A program made the position numbers and the translations under genes. The notes under the pieces are model-generated. The model was not told the DNA's origin, searched no databases, and saw only the letters and a program-made list of their open reading frames with translations. Source: a virus (taxonomy: Duplodnaviria; Caudoviricetes). From it: DNA of 64,000 bases. Location: IMG/VR virus record IMGVR_UViG_2974646641_000001, positions 1 to 64,000 of that record. One strand, given 5' to 3'. Positions 18,225 to 29,494 of this stretch are shown here, piece after piece; position 1 is the first letter of the stretch; each line of letters opens with the position of its first letter.

Positions 18225-20009
18225 ATGGCGTTAAAGAATGATGAATTCAGTATCGGTGGATTGAACAGCCGCTCCGACTTACATGTTATTATGGGTATGG
18301 TGTTGCCACCGATTGCCCCAACAATGTCAGAGTTATCGACAGATATTCCCGCTAAATACGGTAACTATTTTGGCGGAATTGATTATACATCAAAAACAAT
18401 TAACATTCCAATTACGATAATGGCTCCACATAACTCACAATCATATATAGACTACGCGCAAACCTTGGCCGGGTTGTTATTAACAGACAATCCAGACAAC
18501 AACCAAGAATTACCATTGGTATTTGGTTTTCAACCAGATTTAACATATTGGGGGCACATCACTTCAATATCTGACCCGCAAGTGACACAGGAAGGGTCTT
18601 GGGATTCGACATCAACTATCACATTCGTAATGTCTGACCCTAGAGCAACTATGCCACAGGTAGAAATGCCATTGAAAAACGGGTTAAATGTTATAACCGT
18701 TGATGGAACTGCACAAACAGAACCAGTTATCCAAATTATTCCAAAAAGAGCGTTAAAATATGTTGGATATACTCTCAATGGCGGTAACTATGGCGTCGGC
18801 CCAGAAGACCCAATTGACCAAGATAATGCCGTTCAAGAGTGGCAAAGTGTTATTGATGACCCCATTAACTCGATGGCTTTATGGAGTAATGGAGATGACG
18901 CATTATCACCAATAAAAACTGGGACTGCGCATGTTTTTCAAGGTAGTGCTACTATTAATGAAGACTCTGGCTCAATGATTGTTAAAAAAGTCAATGGCAA
19001 AAAGGATTATGGAACAATGCCATCTAGTTTGGCAGAAAATGATAATAAGTGGCTCGGCCCCGGCTATAAGTATAATGGTATGACTCAGTCTCTTTCGGAG
19101 TGGAGAATTAAAGCAGGAATTCATCATACTAAATGGCAAGGGGCACATCGTGGAAGGGCAATTGGTCAAATTCAACTATTATGGTTAAGCCCAAACGGAG
19201 AAACAATTGGCCATTTTGGAATTTCTGACCATGCTTATGGTGCTCGCCCAGAATGTTTTTTGCAGATTACACAGCCCGGTGGGAATTTTGACGTTGGAGA
19301 TGGGACTCACAGGACTTTCTACTATGGTTATGGCCCCTCTGGGGCATTTAGCAATGATTCAGACCAATCAATTAAAATAAAAACAGGTACAAAAACAATC
19401 TCTAAGACAGTTTCCTCCCGTGCTAAGAACGGCAAAGTAACTAAGAAGACAATTAACGAAAAGGTAGATACCTACGTAACGGTTCAAAACAGGAGAGAGT
19501 ACAGTGCGTTGTCCGACGCGTGGTTATTTTTAGATTTATCATATTATGATAATGAATATCACTATTCAATTACTCAACATAATTTAGCAAACGGTCAACC
19601 ATATACAAATCCTAACAAGTATTTCATCGTCAGTTCTCAACAACCAGTAAAGACAGGCACGGCTTACGATACAGCATTAGGAGGTTTTGCGATATTCTTC
19701 GGAAAAAGACCAATCACGGAAGATGTTCAAAAAATAGACTATGATGAACCGTATATGTCGTTAACCCATTTGCAAGTATTTAAACACAATAAGGTTGATA
19801 GTAAGGATACACCAACATATATTGCGAATGCAGGATCTGAAATTATTATGGATTCAGAAGCTCAAAGAACAACGGTTGATGGGAAAATAGAATATCCTGT
19901 TTGGTCAACAAGTTATCCAAAACTAAAGCCGGGTGTTAACTCTCTTAATATTGTTGGAGATTTAGATGACGCAAAAATGGTTCTGAAATATTTACCAAAA
20001 AAGCTTTAG
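18225..20009 (+). CDS. distal tail protein (evolved Dit with internal insertion)
   Basis: Follows TMP; QPDLTYWG...TITFVMSDP N-terminus and YPKLKPGVNSL C-terminus; 594 aa implies an inserted binding module. Confidence 0.85.
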   Translation: MALKNDEFSIGGLNSRSDLHVIMGMVLPPIAPTMSELSTDIPAKYGNYFGGIDYTSKTINIPITIMAPHNSQSYIDYAQTLAGLLLTDNPDNNQELPLVFGFQPDLTYWGHITSISDPQVTQEGSWDSTSTITFVMSDPRATMPQVEMPLKNGLNVITVDGTAQTEPVIQIIPKRALKYVGYTLNGGNYGVGPEDPIDQDNAVQEWQSVIDDPINSMALWSNGDDALSPIKTGTAHVFQGSATINEDSGSMIVKKVNGKKDYGTMPSSLAENDNKWLGPGYKYNGMTQSLSEWRIKAGIHHTKWQGAHRGRAIGQIQLLWLSPNGETIGHFGISDHAYGARPECFLQITQPGGNFDVGDGTHRTFYYGYGPSGAFSNDSDQSIKIKTGTKTISKTVSSRAKNGKVTKKTINEKVDTYVTVQNRREYSALSDAWLFLDLSYYDNEYHYSITQHNLANGQPYTNPNKYFIVSSQQPVKTGTAYDTALGGFAIFFGKRPITEDVQKIDYDEPYMSLTHLQVFKHNKVDSKDTPTYIANAGSEIIMDSEAQRTTVDGKIEYPVWSTSYPKLKPGVNSLNIVGDLDDAKMVLKYLPKKL

Positions 20010-20062
20010 ACGGAACGATAGAGAACTCCTCTATCGTACATACACAAGAGGAGGTATTGTTA

Positions 20063-22441
20063 ATGGCGTTAAATAATCAATATTTAATTCTCGATTCACA
20101 TCTAAACAATATTGGTATTCTAACGGTTGATGGTGCGACTAAATTCACCAACGATTCTATATCTATGCAAATTGCTGATACAGACAATACGAATACCCAG
20201 TATGATGATGATGTTAGCGTAGGAACTGATGACAATTATCGTACAGAAATAAATTCAAATTTTCAATCTAAACACTATGACCATAGTGGAACTGTAACCG
20301 TTCCACAGGGGCAACCAGATAGTGATAAGGTAGTGGCTGGAAATTATTTAGCATATTATGATAAATTTTTAGATAGATGGTATGTTATGTATATATATAC
20401 GACCGCAGAAGAATCGACATCTACAGCTTCTGTTAATACGGTCGCATATGTATGTAATATGATGTTAAGGGACTTAGCTTTTAGCATTCCAGACGCGGCG
20501 ACCGTTAAAAACGACACCATTCAAACAGTCTTTTCACACGTTTTCCAAAATTCTGGGTGGACGGTAGAATACAACACAGGTAACACATCTATTCAAAACA
20601 GTGATTCTTTTGATGGCAAGACAAAAGCCACGGTACTGTTGCAAAGCATGTTGCAATTATTTGGAGTTGAAATTACTGCTTATGTAAAAATAAATAGCCA
20701 GGGGAAAATAACAGATAAGATAGCAGAAGTGACAGACGAACTATCTTCTGGGGTTATTTATGAAGAAGCAGTTTTTGGAAAAAATATTACAAATATAAAA
20801 AGAACAACGGTTTCTGCACCTATCACAAAGTTATACGTATATGGCCCAAACGGAACTACAATGAAGTCTAGTAATGATGGTAAAGATTATATTGTAGATG
20901 ATAATGCAAACCAATTATATAACTATGAGGGTTCACAAGCAAGTAGTTATTTAGAAGGCGTTATCGTTTCCAATCAAATTGAGTCTGCTTCTGGTCTTAA
21001 ATCTTGGGGACAGCAAATGTTAACCTTATTTAATCACCCAAGAACATTTTATGAAGTAAACGTCACCCCTGATTTTTTACCGCCATTAGGAACAACGATT
21101 AGATTTAAGGACAAATATATTTCTCCAGAATTAAATGCAACTGGTAGAGTTATCCAAAGAACTTTAAGCTTCTCAAATCCTAATAGCAATAGCATTGCTT
21201 TCGGTGAGTTTGTAACCGTTCCAGTAGCTACTCCTGCATGGTTAACAAATTATCAGTCCGCATTAGCAGACGCTGTTTCAAAAGCCATAACAGACGCTTC
21301 TGCTATTACCCCAGTATTATCTCACCCAGATGGTCTTGATTTTGCTCAAGGTGAAACATCAAAACGTCTTATATTAAGTGCATGGGTTGGAAAGCAAAAT
21401 ATTAGCACATACGTTGATAGTAAAGGGTTCGCATGGCGACATATCAACACAGACGGCTCAATTGACCCAAATTGGGAGTCAACAGGCGACCTAATCAATG
21501 TAACTCCGTCTTTAATGGGTAATATCAGGGCATACATTGATGGTGATTATATATCGACAGACCCAGAGTTCCATATTGATAATCAATCTTTCAAGCTGAT
21601 TGGAAGCTTTGACCCGAGCGACAATCCAATAGGCCGTGTCGCACAACATATGGAACCGCTTGATGACGGTACTTGGTATCAGTCTTCTGCTCATGATAAC
21701 GGGGTAGACACTAACTTTATTCTTAGAGACCGTAACCTGAATTACGTTTCAAGAATGGTTATTAAAATGGGAGGACACGGAACCTCTTTCGGAGTCAAGT
21801 ATATCAATGGTTCTCCTTGGATAATTACTGCCATGAAAAACGACGTGAACGACTGGGATATTGTAAGGTTCCAATTCAAAGCAAATGCAACACTTGGGTA
21901 CAATGATGTAGTTCATCTTTTTAATACTCATCATTATGCAAGGGTAAACTATGATAGAAAAAATGATTTGCTTGCCTATTGTGACGCCGCATTCAACTAT
22001 CGTATTGTCAACATGGAGGACGCAGAACAGGGCATTCAGACAGTTGAATATTCTATCAATTGGCTAGATTACGATTTTACTGGAGATGACCAAATTGTTC
22101 AAGGCCAAACTCTTGACTTTCCATACGTTTATTGGAATGTCGGAAACCAAGGGCTGAAAGTGTCAACTGAATTATATTGTGTAAACGCTATTCATAAAGG
22201 GGAAGTATTTCATGTCTATTACGACCCAGAGGAACAGCTCGGAATAACTAATAAGGTTATTGAACCAGAAGGGTTAGGTTTTCACAATTTTGGTGATGGT
22301 TATAAGCTGGTTCATTCATTTAATGTTACTCCAGATGGGAACCCACCAAAACGTCAGATGATTTACACATCTGATTTCGTTTACCGTGAAGAAATGCCGG
22401 TTGTCAATGGCGGCAATGATAGTAATGACAAAGACGAGTAG
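20063..22441 (+). CDS. tail-associated (Tal-like) protein with C-terminal receptor-binding-like domain
   Basis: TKLYVYG, LGTTIRFKD...GRVIQRT; C-terminal GGHGTSFGV motif seen in teichoic-acid-binding propeller RBPs. Confidence 0.75.
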   Translation: MALNNQYLILDSHLNNIGILTVDGATKFTNDSISMQIADTDNTNTQYDDDVSVGTDDNYRTEINSNFQSKHYDHSGTVTVPQGQPDSDKVVAGNYLAYYDKFLDRWYVMYIYTTAEESTSTASVNTVAYVCNMMLRDLAFSIPDAATVKNDTIQTVFSHVFQNSGWTVEYNTGNTSIQNSDSFDGKTKATVLLQSMLQLFGVEITAYVKINSQGKITDKIAEVTDELSSGVIYEEAVFGKNITNIKRTTVSAPITKLYVYGPNGTTMKSSNDGKDYIVDDNANQLYNYEGSQASSYLEGVIVSNQIESASGLKSWGQQMLTLFNHPRTFYEVNVTPDFLPPLGTTIRFKDKYISPELNATGRVIQRTLSFSNPNSNSIAFGEFVTVPVATPAWLTNYQSALADAVSKAITDASAITPVLSHPDGLDFAQGETSKRLILSAWVGKQNISTYVDSKGFAWRHINTDGSIDPNWESTGDLINVTPSLMGNIRAYIDGDYISTDPEFHIDNQSFKLIGSFDPSDNPIGRVAQHMEPLDDGTWYQSSAHDNGVDTNFILRDRNLNYVSRMVIKMGGHGTSFGVKYINGSPWIITAMKNDVNDWDIVRFQFKANATLGYNDVVHLFNTHHYARVNYDRKNDLLAYCDAAFNYRIVNMEDAEQGIQTVEYSINWLDYDFTGDDQIVQGQTLDFPYVYWNVGNQGLKVSTELYCVNAIHKGEVFHVYYDPEEQLGITNKVIEPEGLGFHNFGDGYKLVHSFNVTPDGNPPKRQMIYTSDFVYREEMPVVNGGNDSNDKDE

Positions 22442-22452
22442 GAGGTTATAGA

Positions 22453-25400
22453 ATGGCAAGAAGTGCATTTGTCGAAGTTAATATTACCAACCCTACTAAA
22501 CTAGCACAAGATTCACAGGACACTGCCAACAACGCGGTTAAGGGTGTCACAGACTTAAATGACCCTAATTTAATGTCCGTGATTGAGAAGCAAAACAACG
22601 TTGTGCAGTTCGCTGGTTTAACATCTCAATATAACGTTCTCGTACAGAACGCTAAAGATGAGGGGATTGACACAACCGCTGTAACTACGGCGTATAACAA
22701 CTTGAACAAATTCATGGCTGACGTTTTAGCAGACCCTGACCATGCTAGTGATGTTGACCGTGTGACATATAAGAAATATCAGGACGCTTACAACGAAGAA
22801 TTAGCAAAGCTTCAAAACGCTCTACAAAATAATGCCAACAATAAATTTGATAGTGCCGCCAGTGCCACAAGTCAGGCGGCTTCAACAGCTAGTCAAGCGG
22901 CTAGTCAAGCACAGTCTGCTGTTGATTATACTAATGGTCAAATTGCTTCACAAGCGAGTGCCGTTTCAGAAGCTTCTAAGAATGCTTCCGAAGCTTCATC
23001 AAAAGCCAACAGTGCTCTTGACGCGGCTAGTGGTGCTAACGCTGAAATTACTAAGCTAAAAGGTGGTTCAACCTTAACCATCGCAGAGCTAGAAGATGGT
23101 CTAGGTACAAAAGTTTCTAATGATACATTCACGACATATCAAACACAAACTGCTAGTCAGTTCGCAGAAACAGTTAAAGAAGCTGACTTTACAACTTACC
23201 AAACTCAAACCAGCAAGTTAATCGAATCTAAAGTTGATAACGGAACTTACCAGACAGATAAGACACAAACAGCTAAAGATATCGCTTCAAAAGTTTCTTC
23301 TAGCGATTTTGAGACTTATCAAACGCAAACAGACGGCATGATTGCCAGTAAGGTTTCTAAGAAAGACGCTAATAATGTCAACTTAATACCTTACTCTAGC
23401 AACTTTTCAGATTCATTAGAAGGTTGGCAATTAATGGCATGGGGTGCAACTGATAGAAAACTATTGGTAACTACTCACAGTTTCTATAAAAATGGAACTG
23501 GGAAGTTATTATACCTAAATACAGCACAGAACGCAACTTCTGCCGCTGGTTCATTACGTTTCTCGGTATTACCAAACACTAAATACACGTTCCAATTTAA
23601 GGCGTTTGCTTCATCTAACGTTGTTGGAGCTAATGTGTATTTCTTGTCACGTGCTTATGGTTCGACCAGTGATTACGACACAGCTCATGGCCTATTTAAT
23701 AATCTGGTAACTTCTCCATCACATATTGACCAGTATACGGTTACATTTACAACTGGAGCCAATGATAATGAAGGTTATATCAGAGTTGATAATATAGGTT
23801 CTAATAATGGAGCTTCTTCTGGTTTGTTCTTTACTGAACTCAAAATGGAGCCGGGTGATACCGCAACGAACTATATTTATGGTGGTCAAGATTCTATGAT
23901 TTCTCAAATGTCTAACGACATCATTCTAAGAGTAACCAAAGATGGCTTGATTGACCAAATTAATATTCAGGCTGGTAATACCTTAATTTCATCTAGTGGT
24001 CAACTAACATTGTCTGGTAAAAGTGTCTTCCTTGACAGTGTTGACCCCGTTATCATGAAAAGTGCTAATATTGACACGCTCCTTGTTGGTAAAAAACTGA
24101 CGGCGGCTGATATTGCGGCCAATACCTTCACAACTAATAACGGGACTTTCACAGTAGACAAGAATGGTCTTGTTACGGCGACGAGCCTAATTATTCGTGG
24201 CTCTACAAACCTAGTTTATAACGCGTCATTATCCGGTGGTAATGGCTCATATATTCCGGGGTGGAATATGAACGGTGAAGGCTATTATTCTAACGCTGTT
24301 TTGTATGATGGTGTGCCGGCTTTAGTTTGGGCGGGTACAACCGCAAGCGGTGTTTGGGATAATTACGCAACAACCTATTATCAACCTGTAACACAAACCG
24401 GCATTCCATATAGTGCTTCTGGGACTTTCAGAGATTATGGTTCTGCTAGTGGAATGATGTTTCAATGCACTTTAGCATTCTTTACTGATAAAGCCACAGC
24501 TTCACGTATTAACGGTTATAAGGCATTCAATTATACCGCAACTGGTGGAGATAGTGGTAGTATTTACTTCACTATTGACAATGTAGTTGCACCAAGCAAT
24601 GCTAAGTATGTGGCTTTACAGTTCTGGGCTTATAACGGCAAAGGACATGCCGCATGGAGCCAGCCGATGTTAACACAGACTGCAAAAGCTACTGGTTATC
24701 AACCAGATACGGGCAATATTATCAGCGCTGGTACGGTAATTGGTACAAACATTAGCGCTTCTATTATTAGCGGGACAACGATTCATGCTGGAGATATTAT
24801 TAATAGCACCAATAATACTGCTAATTTTTATCCATTAACAATTGATTCTAATGGTTTCATACAATCATACCATATTGACGATAATTTTGCAAACTCTGCT
24901 AAATTATACACTGGAAATTTGGTTATTAGCAACCGTAATATGTCAGCCAATGCTGGGTCTAATAATTTTGCCGGTGAAACTGCTGTTCTAGGTGGTTCTT
25001 CTTTAACATTGTCATCTGGATATACAGTCGGGAAAGATACCGATTTTACAAAAACCTTAATATCAGAAGGTCAGCCGGGGACGACTAAACTTACACTTTC
25101 GGGTATCACTGGCATTACCTTAAAAGGCGACGACCAAAAGATTCACTTTCACGGCATGTATTCAGACTCTCAGCCTAAAGGAATAACATTCACACCATAT
25201 GGGAACATAAATGGTGACGAGGGTAGAACGACTGGTAATTGGTACGTTGGTTATAATTTAGCTAATATGACTGCGCAGTTTGGGATAGATAATCTCAATA
25301 AAAATACCATTGAATTTTATCGTCCAACCTTTGTTGATGAAATTGGCGCTATGGGTAATCGCTTAGATAACGGCAGATTATTGCTACACGCTGTTGATGG

Positions 25401-25872
25401 AAATGCCCAAATGTACCTTTTAAATGATGGTTCGCCAGCGGTTGCGTCACCGACAGTTTATAACCGAACGTATTCTAACGGTGCAAATGTGTTTGTCACC
25501 TCATATGGTCGTATCGGTAGGTCAACCTCGGCAAGTAAGTACAAACTAGCTATCGCCAGAAGCGATGATACATTGCAAGCTGACCGTTTAATGACTCTAA
25601 AACCAGCAAGCTGGAATGACAAAGTAGCTACGGAAAAAATGGCTGAATCATTGTCAAATGGTGAAATACCAGTAGAAGCAGAAATAAATCTAAGACGACA
25701 TTACGGCTTAATTGCCGAGGATTTACGAGACGCTGGACTAGATGAGTTCTTAATCACTGGTAAAGATGGTCAAATTGAAGGTATTGAATACGACCGTTTA
25801 TGGACGGTACTAATTCCTAAAATTAAACAGCTAAATAATAGAATTAACGAACTTGAAAGGAAGACCCTATAA
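22453..25872 (+). CDS. tail fibre/spike with two CBM-like modules and C-terminal intramolecular chaperone (S74-like)
   Basis: Coiled-coil and TYQTQT repeats, NLIPYSSNF and NLVYNASL CBM starts, STSASKYK...RHYGLIAEDL...IEYDRL. Confidence 0.82.
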   Translation: MARSAFVEVNITNPTKLAQDSQDTANNAVKGVTDLNDPNLMSVIEKQNNVVQFAGLTSQYNVLVQNAKDEGIDTTAVTTAYNNLNKFMADVLADPDHASDVDRVTYKKYQDAYNEELAKLQNALQNNANNKFDSAASATSQAASTASQAASQAQSAVDYTNGQIASQASAVSEASKNASEASSKANSALDAASGANAEITKLKGGSTLTIAELEDGLGTKVSNDTFTTYQTQTASQFAETVKEADFTTYQTQTSKLIESKVDNGTYQTDKTQTAKDIASKVSSSDFETYQTQTDGMIASKVSKKDANNVNLIPYSSNFSDSLEGWQLMAWGATDRKLLVTTHSFYKNGTGKLLYLNTAQNATSAAGSLRFSVLPNTKYTFQFKAFASSNVVGANVYFLSRAYGSTSDYDTAHGLFNNLVTSPSHIDQYTVTFTTGANDNEGYIRVDNIGSNNGASSGLFFTELKMEPGDTATNYIYGGQDSMISQMSNDIILRVTKDGLIDQINIQAGNTLISSSGQLTLSGKSVFLDSVDPVIMKSANIDTLLVGKKLTAADIAANTFTTNNGTFTVDKNGLVTATSLIIRGSTNLVYNASLSGGNGSYIPGWNMNGEGYYSNAVLYDGVPALVWAGTTASGVWDNYATTYYQPVTQTGIPYSASGTFRDYGSASGMMFQCTLAFFTDKATASRINGYKAFNYTATGGDSGSIYFTIDNVVAPSNAKYVALQFWAYNGKGHAAWSQPMLTQTAKATGYQPDTGNIISAGTVIGTNISASIISGTTIHAGDIINSTNNTANFYPLTIDSNGFIQSYHIDDNFANSAKLYTGNLVISNRNMSANAGSNNFAGETAVLGGSSLTLSSGYTVGKDTDFTKTLISEGQPGTTKLTLSGITGITLKGDDQKIHFHGMYSDSQPKGITFTPYGNINGDEGRTTGNWYVGYNLANMTAQFGIDNLNKNTIEFYRPTFVDEIGAMGNRLDNGRLLLHAVDGNAQMYLLNDGSPAVASPTVYNRTYSNGANVFVTSYGRIGRSTSASKYKLAIARSDDTLQADRLMTLKPASWNDKVATEKMAESLSNGEIPVEAEINLRRHYGLIAEDLRDAGLDEFLITGKDGQIEGIEYDRLWTVLIPKIKQLNNRINELERKTL

Positions 25873-26114
25873 TGGAAAACATTAATATTACAACTGTATC
25901 AGTTCAGCCGGATAGTGTTTTTAAAATCAACTTTTCGGCAACGTATGAATCATCGTCACATATCGAGGGCTTTGTTCTTATGAAAGCAGAAGATTATCGT
26001 TCTAAGACAGGTGACGAACAAGTAGCATTCATTAAGCAAACTATTGCAGATAATTTGGCTGGCAAGATTACACCAGTATCTCAATTAGCTACTAACGATT
26101 CTAATAAGATTTAA
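25872..26114 (+). CDS. hypothetical tail-associated protein
   Basis: Translationally coupled to the fibre gene. Confidence 0.6.
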   Translation: MENINITTVSVQPDSVFKINFSATYESSSHIEGFVLMKAEDYRSKTGDEQVAFIKQTIADNLAGKITPVSQLATNDSNKI

Positions 26115-26131
26115 TATGGAGGATTTAAATT

Positions 26132-26554
26132 ATGAAATTTGAATTACAAAACCAATTTGTTGCACCATCAATTGAATTTCTAAAGAGGTTGTCACTTGCT
26201 GGCTACCAATCAATTGCTCGGACACGCTTAATTAAAATGTTATCTGATAAAAATGATGAAATTGTTGGTCTTCAAAAAGACCTAATTAAAGAATACGCCG
26301 ATAAAGACGATAAAGGTGAATTGATTGTCAAAGACGGTCAATACAGCTTTACACCTGAAAATGATGTAGCTTTCAGAAAAGCGTATTTTGAATTAATGAT
26401 GGAAAATGGCGAAATTGAAAAGGCCACCTATTCACACCACAAAGAAGACTGTCAAGACTTCTTATTAAATGCAGACATTAATGTATCTGGCGATGAAGCA
26501 ACGTGTTATGACGCGTTATGTATTGCATTAGATGTTGATTTCGATAAGCGATAG
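26132..26554 (+). CDS. DUF1617-like phage protein
   Basis: GGAGG SD; SIARTRLIKML...YADKDDKGELI pattern. Confidence 0.6.
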   Translation: MKFELQNQFVAPSIEFLKRLSLAGYQSIARTRLIKMLSDKNDEIVGLQKDLIKEYADKDDKGELIVKDGQYSFTPENDVAFRKAYFELMMENGEIEKATYSHHKEDCQDFLLNADINVSGDEATCYDALCIALDVDFDKR

Positions 26555-26570
26555 AAAGGAATGATTTAGT

Positions 26571-27683
26571 TTGGCAAAGACATTAGAATATGCCGACACT
26601 TCTGCTCAAACCGTAAAAATTGGCGATACGACTACCAGTTTCACAATGGTATTGGGCGAAGATAGCAACCCCATTGACCTTACTAACGCAACAAGCATTA
26701 TTGCCAAGATAGGTAATAGCACCGGCTACCTAAAAGAGCAAACAGTCACTTCTGATAATATCCCAGACCCTTTGTCTGGTCAAGTAATTATTAAATTTGA
26801 TTCTGAATTTATGAATGGACTTCCAGCGGGTTCTTACTTGTTAGAAGTTTGGGTGACTTATGATAGCGGAGTTGCTATCTATCCTAGTGGTGCTTTAACA
26901 GGATTTACAATTAATAATAACATTGAAGCTAGTGGTGGTTCAACCATCACAACTATCACATTCGATGATTTCGTAGATAAGTTTAATGAAATCGCGGCAA
27001 ACGCACTACCGGGGACAACTGACACTACTAACTTTCAGAAACGAAAAATTACGAACGATGATGGTAGTTTTTATTTAAGCATTCCTAATGCAACTGGCGT
27101 TGATGTGACGGATAAATTACTTTCTTTGCCAAGTGGTTTATACACCTGCTATATTCAGGTCGGTGCAAAGAATAACCCAAGCAATGATTCGCTAAGAGGA
27201 ATTGTTTGGGTTTCTGCTGGTTATGGGGGTGGCATTTTTGGCACAAACACTACTGGTGGGTATACATCGTATAGACTATTTATAGAAGGCTCATCTTTAC
27301 AGTGGAAAAAATACCCCGCTCAAACGTCTGGTACTTTAGATGTTGAGCCGGCATTTTATATGACTGGTACAACAAGTAGTGAAAAAGCCTTGAACTATGT
27401 GCTAACTGGAAATGTATTGCACGTCAGTGGTATTGTTGTCCCAAGTTCTGAAATAGCGGCAGGAGGTACTGCTGTATTATTCAACTTACCATCTTCAATT
27501 GGTACCATAAGCGAATACAGAACCGCTGTACAGCAAAGCTCTAGCTATAACTTGTATTGTTTGAATTGGAAGCCAAATGGCCCCGTTTCAGTGATTAAAC
27601 ATAATACTGCTGGAACCGCAACAGCTATCACAACATCAACAGAATTGCAGGTATGCGTTGATATTGTTATTAACCCTAGTTAG
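26571..27683 (+). CDS. BppU-like baseplate/receptor-binding protein
   Basis: TVKIGDTTTSF...GSYLLEVWV...AIYPS N-terminus. Confidence 0.7.
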   Translation: MAKTLEYADTSAQTVKIGDTTTSFTMVLGEDSNPIDLTNATSIIAKIGNSTGYLKEQTVTSDNIPDPLSGQVIIKFDSEFMNGLPAGSYLLEVWVTYDSGVAIYPSGALTGFTINNNIEASGGSTITTITFDDFVDKFNEIAANALPGTTDTTNFQKRKITNDDGSFYLSIPNATGVDVTDKLLSLPSGLYTCYIQVGAKNNPSNDSLRGIVWVSAGYGGGIFGTNTTGGYTSYRLFIEGSSLQWKKYPAQTSGTLDVEPAFYMTGTTSSEKALNYVLTGNVLHVSGIVVPSSEIAAGGTAVLFNLPSSIGTISEYRTAVQQSSSYNLYCLNWKPNGPVSVIKHNTAGTATAITTSTELQVCVDIVINPS

Positions 27684-27755
27684 CAATAAAATTCAAATTT
27701 TACTCTGAAAAAATTATCAAGAAGTAAACATTAACACACAAAAGGAGACATAAAG

Positions 27756-29147
27756 ATGAATAAACGACTAAAACACGTACTATACGGTACTGCATTGGCA
27801 TTATCGTTAGGATTATCTGCTTCTGCTATTAATACGCAGAATGCCAGTGCCGCTAACACCAGTGATGGTGCCGTTGTTAAAAAAGTTGTTGACATTTCAG
27901 AATGGCAAGGCAACGTTTCTTATCAGAAGGCTTTAGCTTTAAAATCTGAAACCTCATTTGTAATTGTCCGTGTTCAATACGGTTCTAATTACAAGGATAT
28001 TCAGTATAAGAACACGATTGCTAACCTCGAAAAAGCTGGGACGCCATACGGTGTTTATTCTTATTCGCGGTATGTAAATGCTTCTGACGCTAAGCAAGAA
28101 GCCAAAGACCTTTATAATCGTGCTAAGAATGCTAAGTTCTTCGTTAATGACGCAGAAGAAGTTACTACGACTAGTGGTTCTTATTCTAGTGCTGTTAAGG
28201 CTTGGGGTTCTGAAATGCAAAGCTTAACCAACAAGCCAGTTATCCTATATTCTGGTAGCTATTTCTACAACAATTATATTGGAACTATGAGCAACTATGA
28301 CGCTTTTTGGGAAGCTAACTATAGTAACCATTATCTCAAAGACCCAGCATTATGGCAGTACACGGATTCTGGTTACTCAACTAGTCTTGGTTTAGGTGTT
28401 GATACCAACAAGGTTATCACATCTAAACACCCTGTAAAGTGGTGGATTGGTTCCAGTGCCGCTGACAAGCAAAACGTAGACAAGTATCATGTTGGTGGAT
28501 TCAAGGTTGGTGACAAAGTTAAGATTAACTCTAACGTTGCTAAATGGGACGATGGCGATACTAAGACCCCAATTGATAGTTCCGTATTGAAGAAGACTTA
28601 CACTGTTGGTCAAATCAAGCAAGTAACGGAAGGCAAATCTAACCAAATGCTCTTACTAAAGAGCGGTAACACCGTTGTTGGTTGGACGTTAGCTGAACAT
28701 GTTACGAAGCAAGGTTCTAGTTCGAATTCCAGCTCATCTAACAGCAACAAAGCTTCTAACCAAACCTATAACCAAAACGGGACATTCTACCCAAACACCA
28801 CTCTTAATGTTCGTACTGGAGCTGGCACCAACTACTCCAAGGTAGCCACTTATTACAGTGGTGAAAGCGTTAAGTATAACCAAGTAATCATTAAATCTGA
28901 TTATGTCTGGGCTAGATATTTACGCTCTAACGGTTATTACGGGTATATTGCTCTAGGTGTAAATGGTGGTGAAAGCTACGGTAAGCGTATTGTCGGTGCT
29001 TCTCATACCTATTATACAGTTAAATCTGGTGATAGTCTATGGAAGATTGCCAACGACCACGGAACTACTATTAGCAATTTAACTAGCCTTAATGGTATCT
29101 CGATGTATAGCACTATCTATCCAAACCAACGACTAATTATTAGCTGA
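27756..29147 (+). CDS. endolysin: signal peptide + GH25 muramidase + SH3b + LysM
   Basis: VVDISEWQG, FVNDAEE, ALWQYTD; C-terminal YYTVKSGDSLWKIA...IYPNQRL LysM. Confidence 0.92.
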   Translation: MNKRLKHVLYGTALALSLGLSASAINTQNASAANTSDGAVVKKVVDISEWQGNVSYQKALALKSETSFVIVRVQYGSNYKDIQYKNTIANLEKAGTPYGVYSYSRYVNASDAKQEAKDLYNRAKNAKFFVNDAEEVTTTSGSYSSAVKAWGSEMQSLTNKPVILYSGSYFYNNYIGTMSNYDAFWEANYSNHYLKDPALWQYTDSGYSTSLGLGVDTNKVITSKHPVKWWIGSSAADKQNVDKYHVGGFKVGDKVKINSNVAKWDDGDTKTPIDSSVLKKTYTVGQIKQVTEGKSNQMLLLKSGNTVVGWTLAEHVTKQGSSSNSSSSNSNKASNQTYNQNGTFYPNTTLNVRTGAGTNYSKVATYYSGESVKYNQVIIKSDYVWARYLRSNGYYGYIALGVNGGESYGKRIVGASHTYYTVKSGDSLWKIANDHGTTISNLTSLNGISMYSTIYPNQRLIIS

Positions 29148-29164
29148 TAAGGGAGGTTCACCAC

Positions 29165-29494
29165 ATGGTATTAAGTAACATTATTGCCGCCGTTCCACCT
29201 CATTATTTCTTTGGATATAATCTTAGTGAATGGACGGAACTGATTGCCATTGTGAGTGCTTTTTTATCACTAGTTTCTTGGTTGTTCAAACGAGTTATTA
29301 TTGACCCGTTGATGGAAAAGATTAGTGACTTAGGTGATAGTATTAAGCAATTGTCTGCTACGCAGAATGAAGATTCTAACACATTTATGCAAACGCTAGA
29401 GAAGCACACCGAAGAACTTGGAGAAGTTAAGATTACGATGGCAAGGCACGACGAAGAATTAAGGTCTCTCTGGAAGGGGAAGAATAGAACATGA
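29165..29494 (+). CDS. lysis-cassette membrane protein (one TM helix + coiled coil)
   Basis: Hydrophobic segment ELIAIVSAFLSLVSWLF; position. Confidence 0.6.
   Translation: MVLSNIIAAVPPHYFFGYNLSEWTELIAIVSAFLSLVSWLFKRVIIDPLMEKISDLGDSIKQLSATQNEDSNTFMQTLEKHTEELGEVKITMARHDEELRSLWKGKNRT

Noticed and set aside
27756-29147. Endolysin with a Sec signal peptide
   Set aside because: Real, but already well known in lactic-acid-bacterial phages
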